Of a stretch of 64,000 bases of DNA, positions 1 through 14,790 are shown in pieces. The notes below the pieces were generated by a model. It ran no database searches and was not told the DNA's origin. It worked only from the letters and a program-made list of their open reading frames with translations. Position 1 is the first letter of the stretch. Each line of letters starts with the position of its first letter. Both the position numbers and the translations under genes were made by a program. The DNA lies in the NCBI RefSeq assembly GCF_009914755.1, contig NC_060927.1; one strand, written 5' to 3'. This DNA comes from the human T2T-CHM13v2.0 reference genome, Homo sapiens.

Positions 1-132
1 CATTAGGAGATATACCTAATGTTAAATGACAAGTTAATGGGTGCGGCACACCAACATGGCACATATATACACAGGTAACAAACCTGCACGTTGTGCACAT
101 GTACCCTAAAACTTAAAGTATAATTTAAAAAA
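1..132 (+). mobile_element. L1PA 3' end
   Basis: Canonical L1 3' terminus ...GTACCCTAAAACTTAAAGTATAAT plus A tail. Confidence 0.9.
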
Positions 133-2607
133 ATGAGGATCTTTGTCATGGCAAAATAAATCTCCAGTAGGAAGTGCAGTATTGAATTCTGCAATGTAAA
201 AGCAATACCCCATGACCAATCCTATTCCTGATTTTCATAATTTTACCCCAAAGAAAAGAGAGGAAATCATGGTAACCTCCAACCCCAACTATATATGCTC
301 ATAACTAATAGCATTAGAGAAAATACATTCAGTTCCCAGAACACAGTGCTAAGACCTGAACTTGCTGCTGGGTTCCATGGAAAAGCCTAGAGGCCTAAAC
401 TTTGACAACCACTGCCATGTGAAATGCTACCCCGGCTATAGACAAAAAAACTATGTCTGTTATATCCTGGAATATGTGATGCTCATTTTACTTCTATATT
501 AAATTTTTTTCTCCTTCCTCATTTCAACTTACCAAAAAAAAAAAAAACAAAACCCAAACCCTATCACTGTTCTAAAAGCAGAAACAAAGAATAAACCTTT
601 ACCCAACTTCAAAAATTATCAACATTCTGCCAATCTTATTTCATCTCTCCCCCCACCAACTTTTTTTCTGAAGTATTTAAAAATCACAGATACCGCATAT
701 TGTATCATGTTATCCATAAATGTGTCAATATGTACCCCTTACATAAGGCCATTTTATAAGTTCTTAATTCTGCTAAAAAGTTTCAGTTGATAATATTGCT
801 GTAATTATCTAATAGTTACATTGTTTCACTCTAGAAATAGAATTTCAAGAAGGAATTCCTTAGTCTCACCAAATAGTAAATGCTTAACCAGTAAAATTCT
901 CTGGGTTCTTTACAGAAGAATGACCACAGTGCAGCCTATCACCTGAACACTCATGAGTTCTCGTGACCTCAAGTCTGGAGAAAAGGCAGACCTACGGCTC
1001 CCTATCACCTTCTCTTTGCCTTCTTTCTTCATGTCCCTTAGAGACCTTCTTCCCCATCTCTACCAAAATCCCTGTTACCTGCCCACCCTTCATCCTTGGC
1101 CACACACATAAACACAAACTATGCCAAGAACATAGCTTACTTCAGAATATATCAGACAAATGCTTGATTCACCTCCAGGATACTGTGATAGTAAGACAAT
1201 GACGTGATGTCTTTCATTCCTCACCCACATGGCTCTCAAGATCCTTATAATATTCATCTGAAATGTCTAGTGTTTAGGGGGGAAATATTCTACTCTATAC
1301 AATTTTAGGGAATGGGCTTCATTTGTGCCAAAGTCTCTTTTTTCAATTTTTAAAAATCAAAATGTAATCAGTACTTTTTTTGAAAGACAAAAAAAATACA
1401 TTTAAAAATAGGGACCTCTGTAATAAAAAAGACTTCATGGAACTTTGAAATGCAAAACACTAGCACAATATTTAGGTAAATTGGCCCTCACTGTCACCTC
1501 TGTGAGAATGGGACATCTGGGTTACTTACAGGGTCAGGAAAGAAAGAACATAACAAACAATTTCTTTACCAAAACTGGTAACATTTTAGATGGAAAATTC
1601 CTACAGAGTTAGCTACATAAAGTAAAATATAATAATGCTTTAAACCCCTCCCAAGACATATACCACACATTGCCCTTGGCAATAAACCTAGAGGGGAGAG
1701 TTATATGAATCCCAGTAATCTTCCTATGTGTGCTGGCATTTCTCTTTTTCTGTCGTTTTATTTCTAAAGAGGCTTTTCCTTTATTTCCCTCCCCTAACAT
1801 AAGAAAACATTGCTGAGAGGATGGTTGCTATGTGTCAGCTCAGAAATGGTTTTGCCTCAGTGGTGTGTAGGCAGTCTTGATAAAACTAAGATCTTTGGAA
1901 AGGAATCATGGTATATAAATGAGATATTTAACTACAGTTTTCGTCATTCTGTCAGAGAAAAACTCCAGGCTTCTTTTCCATATATAGTATCCCTACATTT
2001 CCTTGGTTTAGTTTGAGGTGGACTTTTGGAAGGTGCTGTGCCACAAGCATAACTTTAATGATGATTTCTTTGGATCATTATTATTTTATTCTTTAACAGA
2101 AAAATCCAACCAAATAAGCAAACTAAAACCTTCCCCCAAATAATTAAGATGTAGGTTAGTGTCACCCATATTTTATCTTTCTCTTCAGTTTTCACAGGCA
2201 GCAAAGATCATAGAGTTTCTAATCTTATTAAGAAAACCAAAATATATTTCAGAACTGGATGAGAATGAAGAAGGCCATTTTCCAAATAGTATAAGAGTTT
2301 TATAGTTAATCCTTTGTTGTTTCTGCTAATTAGCAGTGACACATGAATTGCTGAATCTCCCCCAAGAGATTTCACTGTAAGATCAAAGAGAAAATGGGAT
2401 AGGCTGGAAGTAGAAAGCTTCTACACAAAAAACAAATGTTTTTGACAAGACATGAAATGTGTAGAAAAGATGCATCAATAGTGCTGCATCTGAACTTGAG
2501 TTTTGATAAGAGAGCCTGCACTGTTTCTCTCAGTCTCCTATTAAATAATGTGGCCCAAATAAGATGTTAAGAGATACTCTGGGAGGAACAAATAAAATCC
2601 AGAATTA

Positions 2608-2948
<341 letters not shown>

Positions 2949-3425
2949 CTAAACTATAGCAACTCCTAAAAACAGATTCTTTAAAGTCTTCCTGCAAATA
3001 CTCTACACAGCTGTTTCTACAGGGTTTGTACCAGTGAAACATTCTGAGGGTGCTGACAAGAGCTTCCAGTTATCTAGTCACTCCCTGCAAGGCAGCTAGG
3101 CATTTTCCTGTTTTCATCCTGTGGTCATACCTAGGCTGCTGAGTATCCAAGTTTCATTACTCAAGGCAGCTTTAGGCTCCTTTAGAGCTGAACGTTAACT
3201 GGGACCAAGATAATGAGCCCAGAAGGCTTGCCTATGCCTGTGGCCTTTACTGGAGGACTGTCCTATCTATAACCAAGTCTATGTAAGAGCCCGAGGAGGC
3301 TGGTAGATGTATTTTTACCATGTTACCCCATATACGCTGGGGAAAATCTAGAGATCTACTAACCATATTACAAATGAATAACATAATTACACTGAAAAGG
3401 GAGGGGAAGAAAAGAACTCACCTAA

Positions 3426-3859
<434 letters not shown>

Positions 3860-3899
3860 TCTAAAACTATTTTTATAGTGTACTAGGATTACCCTAATA

Positions 3900-5460
3900 A
3901 GTAAATATAATAGAGATAATGAGAGCCAGGTTTCTCAGTGTCAGAGAAAGAAATTACAAGTGAGCGAGATGGAAAGACTACACTGAAACCTGTGGTGCTG
4001 GATTATCCTTGACAATATTATTATAAATTCACAGTTATTTTATATATATTTATATATACATATATATGTAGATTCATAGATACAGAAGTCAGTTACAAAT
4101 AAGGAAAAGGAGAATAACATGACCCTTGTGTTGCTGAACTCATGGATTTTAATATGTATACAGATAGACACAGAAATAAATATAATGTGTGTGTATATGT
4201 ATGTTAGTATACATACATACATACACACATATATCTATGTATATATCTATATATATTTTATATATATTTTAGCTCTGTCTGCTGAGGCGGCCTAGAAAAA
4301 AATGACACTCCAGTAGCAGTGAACACACTTAGTGCCTAGATCTTAGTTTCCAAAGACCGTTTTTCCAACAAAAGGAATCAAAGTTCCATGTAGAAGTGGT
4401 TGATTCTAGGGTGAGGACAGGTAAAACACAAGATAAGCATAAAGTATCTTGTGGTGCCAACAAAAAAGAAAGTGTCCAAAATAGGATGGAAGCATGTTGA
4501 AAGAACAAAGGAGCCAACTTGATAGGTTTCCCAATAGACACGTTGAAACAATCTGAATAAGCAAGTAAACAACAACAATATTAGATTATGACCCATAGAA
4601 TAAAATAAATATCAATGAGCTCATACTGAATAAAATAAACAATTGCATAAATGAATGAATACATAAATACACATATACATACATATACACATAGATGAAG
4701 GAGAAGGGACTGTTTTCCTTCTAGAAGAATTTCAATTAAGTATAGAAGAAATGAGGGAAACGCAAAATCACCATTAGGCAAATACATTAACAATTGTTGC
4801 AGGCAAGAGCCACCAATGGATGTTAACCTTAATGGGTGACAGTTTACAGAGAAACAAAATATTTTCATAGCTTCACAGTATCTCCTGAAAGACAAGGAGA
4901 AGGAAAAACAGCAACTCTACAATGGAGAAACTCAGCACACACCCTTAACCAAGTGATCAAAGTTAACATCAGTAATTACGTCCTCCTTGTTAGGATATAC
5001 AGAGAAGGGCACAGTATCACATCTTATAGCATTCTTACCAAAAATGCATAACCTTAAGCAAGGGGGAGAAAACATAAAAAAAACCAAAACGAGAGACAAT
5101 TCTACAAAATACCTGACCAGTTCTCTTCAGAAATGGCAAGGTCATAAAAGACACGGAAAGACTAAAGAAATGTCACACACTGGAGGAGACTAAGGAGATG
5201 TAATAAATAAATGCAGTGTGAAATTATGGATTGAGTCCTGGAACAGAGAAAGAACACTAGTGGAAAAACTGGTGATATTCTCATAGGGTCTATGGTTTAG
5301 TTAATGGTATTTAATGGCAGTGTACCAATGCTAATTTCCTAGTTTTGATAATTATACTATGCTTATGTAAAATGTTAACATTGGGAAAAGTTGGGTGAAG
5401 GTTATTCAGAAACTCTGCACTATTTTTGCAGCTTTTCCATGTCAAATATTTTAAAACTAA
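3900..5460 (+). mobile_element. Old L1M (L1MC/ME-like) 3' region with a TA-rich tract at about 4040-4270
   Basis: Degenerate L1M 3'UTR phrases such as GTACCAATGCTAATTTCCTAGTTTTGATAATT; boundaries rough. Confidence 0.5.
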
Positions 5461-6900
5461 GTAATCTGTTTTCGATTGGCCACTAATTTTGTAAAACTGC
5501 ATATGTGTCTAACATTCATATTTGGCAGTTCCATCTAAAATATATATGATTGTACAGTGGACTTCAATACAATTTAAGCATTTTTTAGAAAACACACTTT
5601 ATTTGTCTCTAATTTGTTGGGAAATATATCATGGTATTTTTTCCTTATGTCTTCTCAAGATGACTCCCTGAATACTCGTTTCTCTTCTTATTTTCTCTTT
5701 GAAATCTGAACTGTTATTATATAGGAGGAATACTAATTCCATCTGTCTCATGAAGAATGCAGAATCTAAGTCCTTTGCTAACTTTTCTCAAAATGTTAAC
5801 TGCAAGTCTTACATTTCTCCCTACTACATTTCCTTCTGTTTTCCTGAAGCCAAAACTCTGACCAAATTTTTGTTGGTTAATAACTGAGTAATTACAACCT
5901 CTTATCAGTTCAAAATATCACCATCAAATATGTCTATCGTTTTTAAAAAATCACTTTGACTACTTTACTTTTTCCTTCATATGTTTGTTATCCGTATGAT
6001 ATTCAAACTCCTGTTATTGATTTCCAGGACCTTTGTAAGTCTATCCCTACATTTACCAAGCTCCCTCAGTATCTTCCTAACATTCTCTTTTCTCTTGCTA
6101 AATCCATTCATTCACGTATTTATTCAATTAACTTTCTCTGAATTTCAGCAATGCCTAAGGCCCTGGGGTGGGTGTTGTAGGATATGTAAAATATACATAT
6201 TTATCTTTTCTCATCTAACCCTCTCATTTACAAATCTGCCCAGTCAGTCCTTTTACCTGAAATGTTATAATCCCAAAATTCATACTTTTATCAATCCCAC
6301 TTTATTGAAGAAAACTGCTTAAGTAACCTGAAGAGGATATTCACTTTTATATTAAAAATCAGCAAGTAATTTTTACAAAAAGATAAAGTGAAAGAAAGGA
6401 AGAAAAGGTAAAATAAAATATAGACCATTAAAAAGAAAAGCACAGGTTTAAGTGTATCATTGCTTTAGGATCAGAGCTACTAAAAGGCAAGTAACCAGTT
6501 CTTGTATCTTCTGAATAATCCAGAACACAATGGTCCTTACAACTGTCAAAGTGGAAGCCAAGATTTCAAAAACTGCCAGAGAGCTACCTTAGTTTAAGGT
6601 TAATAATAGTTAAATGCTATTCTGAAGAGGTAATTTAGGAAGAAGTCCACAATTTACCCCCCTCACCCCAGTAATTTCCCAGGATCCCACCAGAGTATAC
6701 AAAGAATAGCCTCAGAACAGGGGATTTGTGTACTGCCCTGCATACCAGGTCAGCTGGGCACAAAGAACAAATGGCGTGGGCAGTTTTGGTATTTGTGATG
6801 AGGTTCAACTGGACTTAGTTTTTATTTTATCCCATCTCTGATGGAGCTCTTTGTCATTTATACTACAGAATGCTGAGTAAAGAGACATTGCAATTCCCAC

Positions 6901-7054
6901 CTGTTGATTTTCTTTGAAAGTTTGGATTAATACTTCTTTCAATTTCCTTTTTCTTTCCTTCACCATTTTTTCCTCATCTGGAAGAATGTGAGTACTTTGA
7001 AACATGACTTTTTCTGAACTATTTTGAGAATTCTCTTCTTGCCTTTTCTTCTCT
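6901..7054 (-). CDS. CCDC191: CCDC191 exon 7 (EKKRQEE...FKENQQ); gene continues past the window start
   Basis: AATAG| acceptor, CAG|GTGGGA donor; 154 nt; cumulative CDS 972 nt = 324 codons with no stop. Confidence 0.92.
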
Positions 7055-8268
7055 CTATTAATAACAATTTAAAAATACATGTATATTTACAATAGATTTA
7101 AAAATGAGCAATTACAACCTACTGTAGCAGAATAATCACTGAATTCTCCTTCGGAATACACATATTTTTAGATCTGGCTCTAAAACTACATAGTAGGGTA
7201 ATTTTTTTGGAGACTTATTTTATTCCTTTATAAAATACAGATTAAATGAAATAAAATTGTTATAAAGTACTTTGAAAAGTAGAAAGTCTTATAGATACTT
7301 TAGTATTTTTATTGAGTTGCACACTGAGCCATACTTTGATCAAAATTTGAGAGTTAACAACTACAAGATAGTCTCTAATATAGACATAAATTATCTCCCA
7401 TAGAACGAGAAAAAAAGGATTCTCAAGAAAGGAATGAGATTCTTACTAAAAGGCCTCTTATAAGGTTACTAGAAAGAGGAATAACAAAAGAATCAGGTGT
7501 TATTGAATAAGGAGGGAATGGAATCTAGAATAATTTTAAAATAGCTGAAAAGAGAAAAAAATAGAACTTAAAAAGGAAAAGGACTTTAGGCAAGTAACCA
7601 GAATTATTTTAGTAACTTTGTTGCTCATCTTTCTGAGCATCCTCTTTTTTGCCCACCTATCTATTCTTCCTCATCCAGGCCATCCCTCTTTTGCTCACCA
7701 ATTCAAACAAGCTCATAGCTATGGCCTTCCTACTGTAGTGCATTTAACTGCACAGGTATATGTATGTGTATAAAGTATATATTATTAATGATGTGGTAAA
7801 CATAGCACCTAGTCAGGAATCAGAACTCATGAGCTCTGGCCACAAACCAGCTAGTCACCTGATCTTTCTTGAACTTTTAGTTCACAGTTGTGGAAACTAA
7901 AATGGAGAAAGATGCCAGAGTACCCTACCCCTTCTCTCACTCATTCTCATATATGTTACAGAGGGTACACAGTGTTATGTTGTATTATTGGTAATGTTAA
8001 CCTTCATCACTTGCTTAAGGTGGCTTCTCCAGTATAGAGTTATTATTTTTCCCTTTGAAATTAATAAGCATCTTGAAAGAGATAACTTTAAAACTAGGCA
8101 ATGAGGCAGATTTAAGATAGCTTACAAATAGGTTCAAAAGGCCTATCAACAATAAAAATGTTATTGACTTTTTCCAAACTATGAATGCCATAACAATGTT
8201 ATATTACATGGTTATAGACAGGTGATAGTGATTGTCAAAGAAATACAGTTCTAATACCATGAAACTGA

Positions 8269-8598
<330 letters not shown>

Positions 8599-10199
8599 TA
8601 GCAATTTCTCCAATATTTACGAAAGTCTGTTATTATAAATAATGTTGTTTAAATTATCTTTCTGCACAAATCTTTGTCTGGATTTCTGATAATTTTCTTA
8701 GGGCAGTTTTCCTAAGGCTGTAATTCCTAGGTCAAGGGATAATACTATTTTACGGCTCTTGTTGTTTACTGCCAAATTGCTTTCTGGAAAGTTTAAATCA
8801 GTTCATCCACCCAGAAGTAGAACATATTACCTATCTCACTGTAACCATGGATAAGATCTTAACTTTTAAAATAAATGACTGGTCAGTGAACATTTGTTGA
8901 GTGCCCACTGTGAGCAGAGCATCCTACTACCATTAAACGTTACTTGTTTTCACAATTTATTTTAGGTCAACCTAGTTTTTCCAGGGCTTGGGAGCAATAT
9001 GAAAAGCAAGGCTGACCTTAGAAAGAACTCACTAAAACACCAGTGATTGCTTTCTGAAAGGAATGGCATCTGGAGGAAGCCTCAGCCTGGCACTTGAAGA
9101 AGTAAAGCACATGTCCACTGCTGAGCTGTTTTAAACTGGGTAGAATAAGAGCAATCAAGAGCACAGGGGGGAAAGCTGTGTAGGCTGATGGGGGTGGAAG
9201 GGATTATCTAATAGGTCTTTGTGGCCTCTCAGTTCGAGTAGTCAGACACTTCAGTCATGCTGTTCCAAGGCTTTTGCAGTTCCTGCATCAGTGCTGTTTC
9301 TCAGAATAAATACATTAGTTATTTCACTTATGAAGCTCATTTTCTGCATGAGGATGGATAATAGTACTACATCCTGTGAGGACTATTTTCATCTTCCTCT
9401 TATGTCAGATATTCTTTTTCTTTATCAGTGGTAGTAAGGCAGTGGTGACTTTCCATATGTTTATCAGAAAATAAGACACACAATTCACAACAGGATAAGA
9501 CACAATTACTGAACATGTTCAACCTTAAAAATATTATCTAACCAAAGAAATGCAAACTAATCAATGTAATACCTATTAAAAGTGTAAAAATATTGAAAAT
9601 GATGATACTCCCTAAGGCTGAGAAGAGTATGATAAACTGGCCTGCTGCTGATGATACAGTAAACAAGTATCATCAGCAAAACAACCCATTTTGAAAGCAA
9701 TTTGGCAATGTTTCAAGAGTCAGAAAAAGACCTGTGTCATTTAACTCAGAAATTATGCTAAGAATTTATTCTAAGAATATAATACAAAAGAGTGAAAAAA
9801 CTCTATGCTTAAAGATGCTCATTGCAATCTTATAATGGTGAAAAATCCAAAATAGCTGAAACATTTACCAGTATGGGGAGGTGGTCATTACATAAATTAT
9901 GGTATAGGAACTCAATGGAGTATTATACACATCCCAGGACTCCAGGCAATGTGTTAATTACAACAAGCAGAATTACAAATTAAATGTACTTTATGGTTGT
10001 ATAATTAAGTATGGAAAGGGACCACGTCAGGAGGAACATGGAAATATGAAATTAGTTAATTTGTTAAGATGGTGGAATAGTGAGTGATTTCTCTTCTATG
10101 TTTTGTTATTGAATGTTTGTGCACTTCAAAAACTTCAGAGCATTTCTAAAATGACTGCTTAAACAGAGAAACCCCACAGTGCTTATCACACTGGCTTAC

Positions 10200-10423
10200 A
10201 TTTTCCATGCTGCTTTCACAGTGCGTCTCCTCTCAATTATCTCCCTCCGCAGCTTCACCATCTCCCTTTGAATCTCCTCTTCCTCTTTCTTGGCCTCCAG
10301 AGCCTTCCTTTTCTTCTCTTCTTGCACCAGACACTGAGCCTCCAAGAAGGCCGATTTTTTCAGGGTCTTTTCTATTCTCTGGTACTCCAGTTCTTTCTCA
10401 CGTCTTAAGCGATTTTCTTTTAC
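10200..10423 (-). CDS. CCDC191: CCDC191 exon 6 (VKENRLRREKELE...AAWK), coiled-coil
   Basis: TTTAAG| acceptor, AT|GTAAGC donor; 224 nt; E/K/R-rich. Confidence 0.92.
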
Positions 10424-11882
10424 CTTAAAGCAAATATAATAAAGATGAAGTGTGGCCTTTCAAGTAGAAAGGGATATGAAAAGCCTTACAATACATTTTG
10501 AAGTTCAGAATACAACCAGTTTGAAATATGCTGGCCCAGAACTCCACTGTTTATTGGTAGGAAAGGAGGAATTCATCTGTTTACTGGGTAAAGATGAATA
10601 TAACATTTTAGATGAAGTCAGATGAAGATGACTCAAATAATCTGGGAATGATCCACATCACAGAAAAGTTGAGAATCTAATGAGTCAGACCCCAAGTTCT
10701 GGATTCTCATTTAGGAATGATTTCTCACTTGTAAGATTGTCCAAGGTGTACATTACTGCTTTTATTATACTTAGGTCATGTCTGCATTCTAATTTAAGAA
10801 AGAACAGAACTTTTTTGGAAGCCACACTGTGAATGATAGAACAGTGATTTATTGCCTTTAGGAACACCACAACCCTTTATTCATTTCTATTATTATTATG
10901 TAAATATAGCAGTGATTCTGGATCATATTTGGAAATCAAAAACATGAAAAAGCACATTCATTTTTTTCAAACCTATTAATCCTTTAGAGGGCTTGAGTAG
11001 CTATGAGAAAGGAAAGGTCCTTTCCTTCCTGCTTCACCTAACTTTACCCTTATCTTACTCACTAGTTGTGATAAGTCTTCTGATAAGACAATGACTATAT
11101 AGCTTATTGAACGTTCTCTCCTCTCTTTTGTCATAAATCCAAACTAGAATCATACTTCTACTCATTTCTCTAACATCCCCAGTGCTGATTACATATACCT
11201 TCATTGAATAATTTAAAGCAGTTATTTTCAAATTCGGCAATCAGAAATTTAGTGTTATACAAAGATGGCACACACATGTACAGATATTAATTCCGGATCA
11301 GTCTTAGTTCTGGATTCTCTGGCACTCCTTTACAAAGTGTTGAGACACCAGTCTTTTTTGCAAGAACCTACTATTCCCTTTGGAGAAAAGAAAGTTCTCA
11401 CATGCTTTTCTAATTCAAAACAGCTGAACTTGATTCAATTCAGATCTGTCTTCCATTTTAAATTATAATAAAAAAATGAGTGAATTTCAGTTGTCTGGAA
11501 AAGAATTATCCTGTAACATTCTCAAGAATATTAATAATATTAACGTTACAATTTGAAAACCAAACTCAAGCACACACAATCTACGTGTTTATAATAGGAA
11601 GTACCACATTCAAACTAATAAGGTTTATGTCAATACTCTTGGTCAAAATCAATTATTCTTTTTTTTCTTTTTGGCTATTTCTTAAATAAATTGTTTCCTA
11701 CCCTCAGTTTATGAGAATTATTTTTCTTCTGAAGTTCTTATATTTTATTTTTATTCTCCCTAACCAAACCACAGATGGCACCCTTTTTCATAATAAAGCC
11801 TATGTCTTTATTTAAGCTTATTAAATGTGTTACACAAAGACTGCTTCCTGTTATCCATTTTAATTTTGTTTTTCCCTCCCAC

Positions 11883-12061
11883 CTGCTTATGTCTCATCTC
11901 CATGGTAAGACGAGGATCCTTCTGCTGCTTCTTGTCTTGGTTTTCCTTCCTTCCAAGATCTTCCATCATTGCAGAATCTACCACATTTTTATGGAGCAGA
12001 TGGTCTATAAATTTTTGAACGGTGGTACTTTCCTCTTCTTCCTCCAAATAGCCACATAAAT
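11883..12061 (-). CDS. CCDC191: CCDC191 exon 5 (DLCGYLEEEEES...MEMRHKQ)
   Basis: CCCAG| acceptor, CAG|GTGGGA donor; 179 nt; overlaps ORF 11808..12047. Confidence 0.92.
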
Positions 12062-12399
12062 CTGGGGGAAACAGAACAACAAAAAAGGGAATTTTTTTAA
12101 AAAATTAATTTTAGTATTATATTCATATTTACATAAAGAATCCTAGTACAATAAAAATACAAAGCTGCGAGTGTTCAATAAATAGTAACTGATAATGGCA
12201 ACTGATTGAGTATAGCCCTCAGCAGTTACCTTCAACTAAGAATAAAAAAGCTCCACTTACCAAGAATTGCCCTCACCCAAGTCACTAAAGAGTCCTTCAC
12301 TGCCAAATCTAAAAGATTTCAATCTAAACAACCTTGAGAACTTCAATCTAAACAATCTTGAGAGCTCTACTGCTTTCAAAAAAAAGAAAGAAAGAAAGA

Positions 12400-13500
12400 A
12401 AAAAGCTTTATTGTGGTATAATTGACATATAATAAACTGCAAATATTTAAAGTTTACGATAAATTTCGACATATGCATATGCTAGTAAAACCATCACCAC
12501 AGTCAAGATAATGAACATATCCATCAGCCCCAAAAGGGTCCTCATGCTGATTTGTAAACTCTTCCTTTCACTCCTCCCCTTGCCCTCCACTGTGCTCCAA
12601 GTAAGCACAGACCTGCTGCCACTATATATTAGTTTTCATTTTCCAGAATTTTATGTAAATTAGATCATACACTTATATACACTGTATTTTTTCTGACCTA
12701 GCTTCTTTCACTCAGCACAATTATTTTGAGATTCATTCATGTTGTGTGTATCAATAGTTTATCACTTTCTGTTGCTGAGCAGTATTCCACCATATGAATA
12801 CACCACAAATTGTTTATTCATTCATTTGTTGATAGACATTTGAATTGTTTCCAGGTTTTGGCTATTGCAAATAAAGGTGTTATGAACATCTGTGTACAGT
12901 CATCCCTCCATATCTCTGGGGGATTGGTTCCAGGACCTCCCGAGAATATCAAAATCCAAAGATGTTCAAAAATCCATGATATCAAATGGTGTTGCATTTG
13001 CCTATAAACTATATCCATCCTTATACTCTAGATCATCTCTAGATTACTTATGATACCCAATACAATGTAAATGCTATGTTAATACTTGTTATATGTATTG
13101 TTTGGGGAATAATGACAAGAAAAAAGCTGTACATGTAAGTACAGATGGAATTATTTTTTCCCAAATATTTTTCATCCATGGTTGGTTGAGTCCAGAAATG
13201 CAGAACCCACAAAACATAGGCTTTCTTTTCTGTTGGGAAAATGTGTAGGAGTGGAACGATTGGATCATATTATAGCTAAATGCTTACCTTTTCAAGAAAC
13301 TATCAAACTGTTGTCCAAAGTGGTTACACAACTTTACATTCCCACCAGCAGTGTAGAAGTATTCCAATTTCTCCACATCCTTACTAATACTCAGTATGGT
13401 CAGTCTTTCAAATTTAAGCCATTTTAAGATATGTAGAGGTAACTCATTGTAGTTTTAATTTTCAGTTTTCTAATGACTAATGTTACTGAACATCTTCCTT
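12400..13500 (-). mobile_element. L1MB-like fragment interrupted by a MER2-like Tigger element (about 12896-13215)
   Basis: L1M 3' end in reverse; MER2-type terminus CAGTCATCCCTCC...GGATTGGTTCCAGGACC. Confidence 0.65.
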
Positions 13501-13760
13501 GATTATGTTTTGTAGTTGTTCCAAAGATAGTGGGGTAATGAAGTCTCTAACTACAGTCATGTGTCAAATAACAACATTTCCATCAACAATGGACTGCGTA
13601 TATGAAGGTGGCCCCATAAGATTATAACGGAGCTGAAAAACTATTGCCTAGTGATGTTGTAGTCATCATAATGTCAGAGCACAATGCATTACTCATGTGT
13701 TTGTGGTGATGCTGGTATAAACAAAACAACTACACTAACAGTCGTATAAAAGTATAGCAC

Positions 13761-14326
13761 GTGTACCACATTTTCTTTATCCAGTTTATCACTGATAGGC
13801 ACTTGGGTTGATTCCATGTCTTTGCTATTGTGAAGAGTGTGTGCTGCAATGAACATACACCTGCATGTATCTTTATAATAGAATGATTTCTATTCCTTTG
13901 GGTATATACCCAGTAATGGTATAGCTGGGCCAAATGGTATTTCTGCTTCTAGATCGTTGAGGAATACTATGCAGCCATAAAAAGGAATGAGATCATGTCC
14001 TTTGCAGAGACATGGATGGAGCTGGAAGCCATCATCCTCAGCAAACTAACGCAGGAACAGAAAACCAAACACTGCATGTTCTCACTTAAAAGTGGGAGCT
14101 GAATGATGAGAACACATGGACACGTTGGGAAGAACAACACACACTGAGGCCTGTCATGGGTGGCAGGGGGAGGAAGAGCATCAGGAGAATAGGATGCTGG
14201 GCTTAATACCTAGGTGATGGGTTGATCTGTGTAGCAAACCACCATGGCACATGTCTACCTATGTAACAAACCGGTACATCCTGCACATGTACCCTGGACT
14301 TAAAATAAAAGTTAAAATAAAATAAA
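13761..14326 (+). mobile_element. L1PA fragment with 5' inversion
   Basis: 13761-13965 is antisense L1; 13961-14326 is the sense L1 3' end; TSD AAAAGT(A/G)TAGCAC. Confidence 0.85.
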
Positions 14327-14498
14327 GCACCCTCAAAAAATCTTAAGAATACTATGCAAAAAAAAGTGTAGCACATACAATTATATACAATACATAATAC
14401 TTGATAATGATAATAACAACTATGTTACTGGTTTATGTATATACTACACTTTTATCATTATCTTAGAGTCTATTCCTACTTATTAGAAAAAAAAATTG

Positions 14499-14790
14499 GG
14501 CTGGGCACAGTGGCTCACACCTGTAATCCCACCACTCTGAGAGGCCGAAATGGGAGGATTGCTTGAGCCCGGGAGTTCGAGACCAGCCTGAGAAGCAAAG
14601 CAAGACCCTGTTTCTTTTAAAAGAGGAAAAAAAAATTAGCTGGGTGTGGTGGCACACACCTGTAGTTTCAGCTACTAGGGAGGCTGAGGCTGGAGGATTT
14701 CTTGAACCCAGGAGTTCAAGGCTGCAGTGAGCTATGATCACCACTGCACAACAGAGGGAGATCCTGTCTTAAAACAAAACAAAACAAAAA
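14499..14790 (+). mobile_element. AluJ
   Basis: GCTTGAGCCC, TTCAAGGCTGCAGTGAGCTATGATC. Confidence 0.88.

Noticed and set aside
12318-12364. 24-bp tandem duplicate TTCAATCTAAACAA(C/T)CTTGAGA
   Set aside because: Ordinary two-copy slippage repeat with no spacers; not an array
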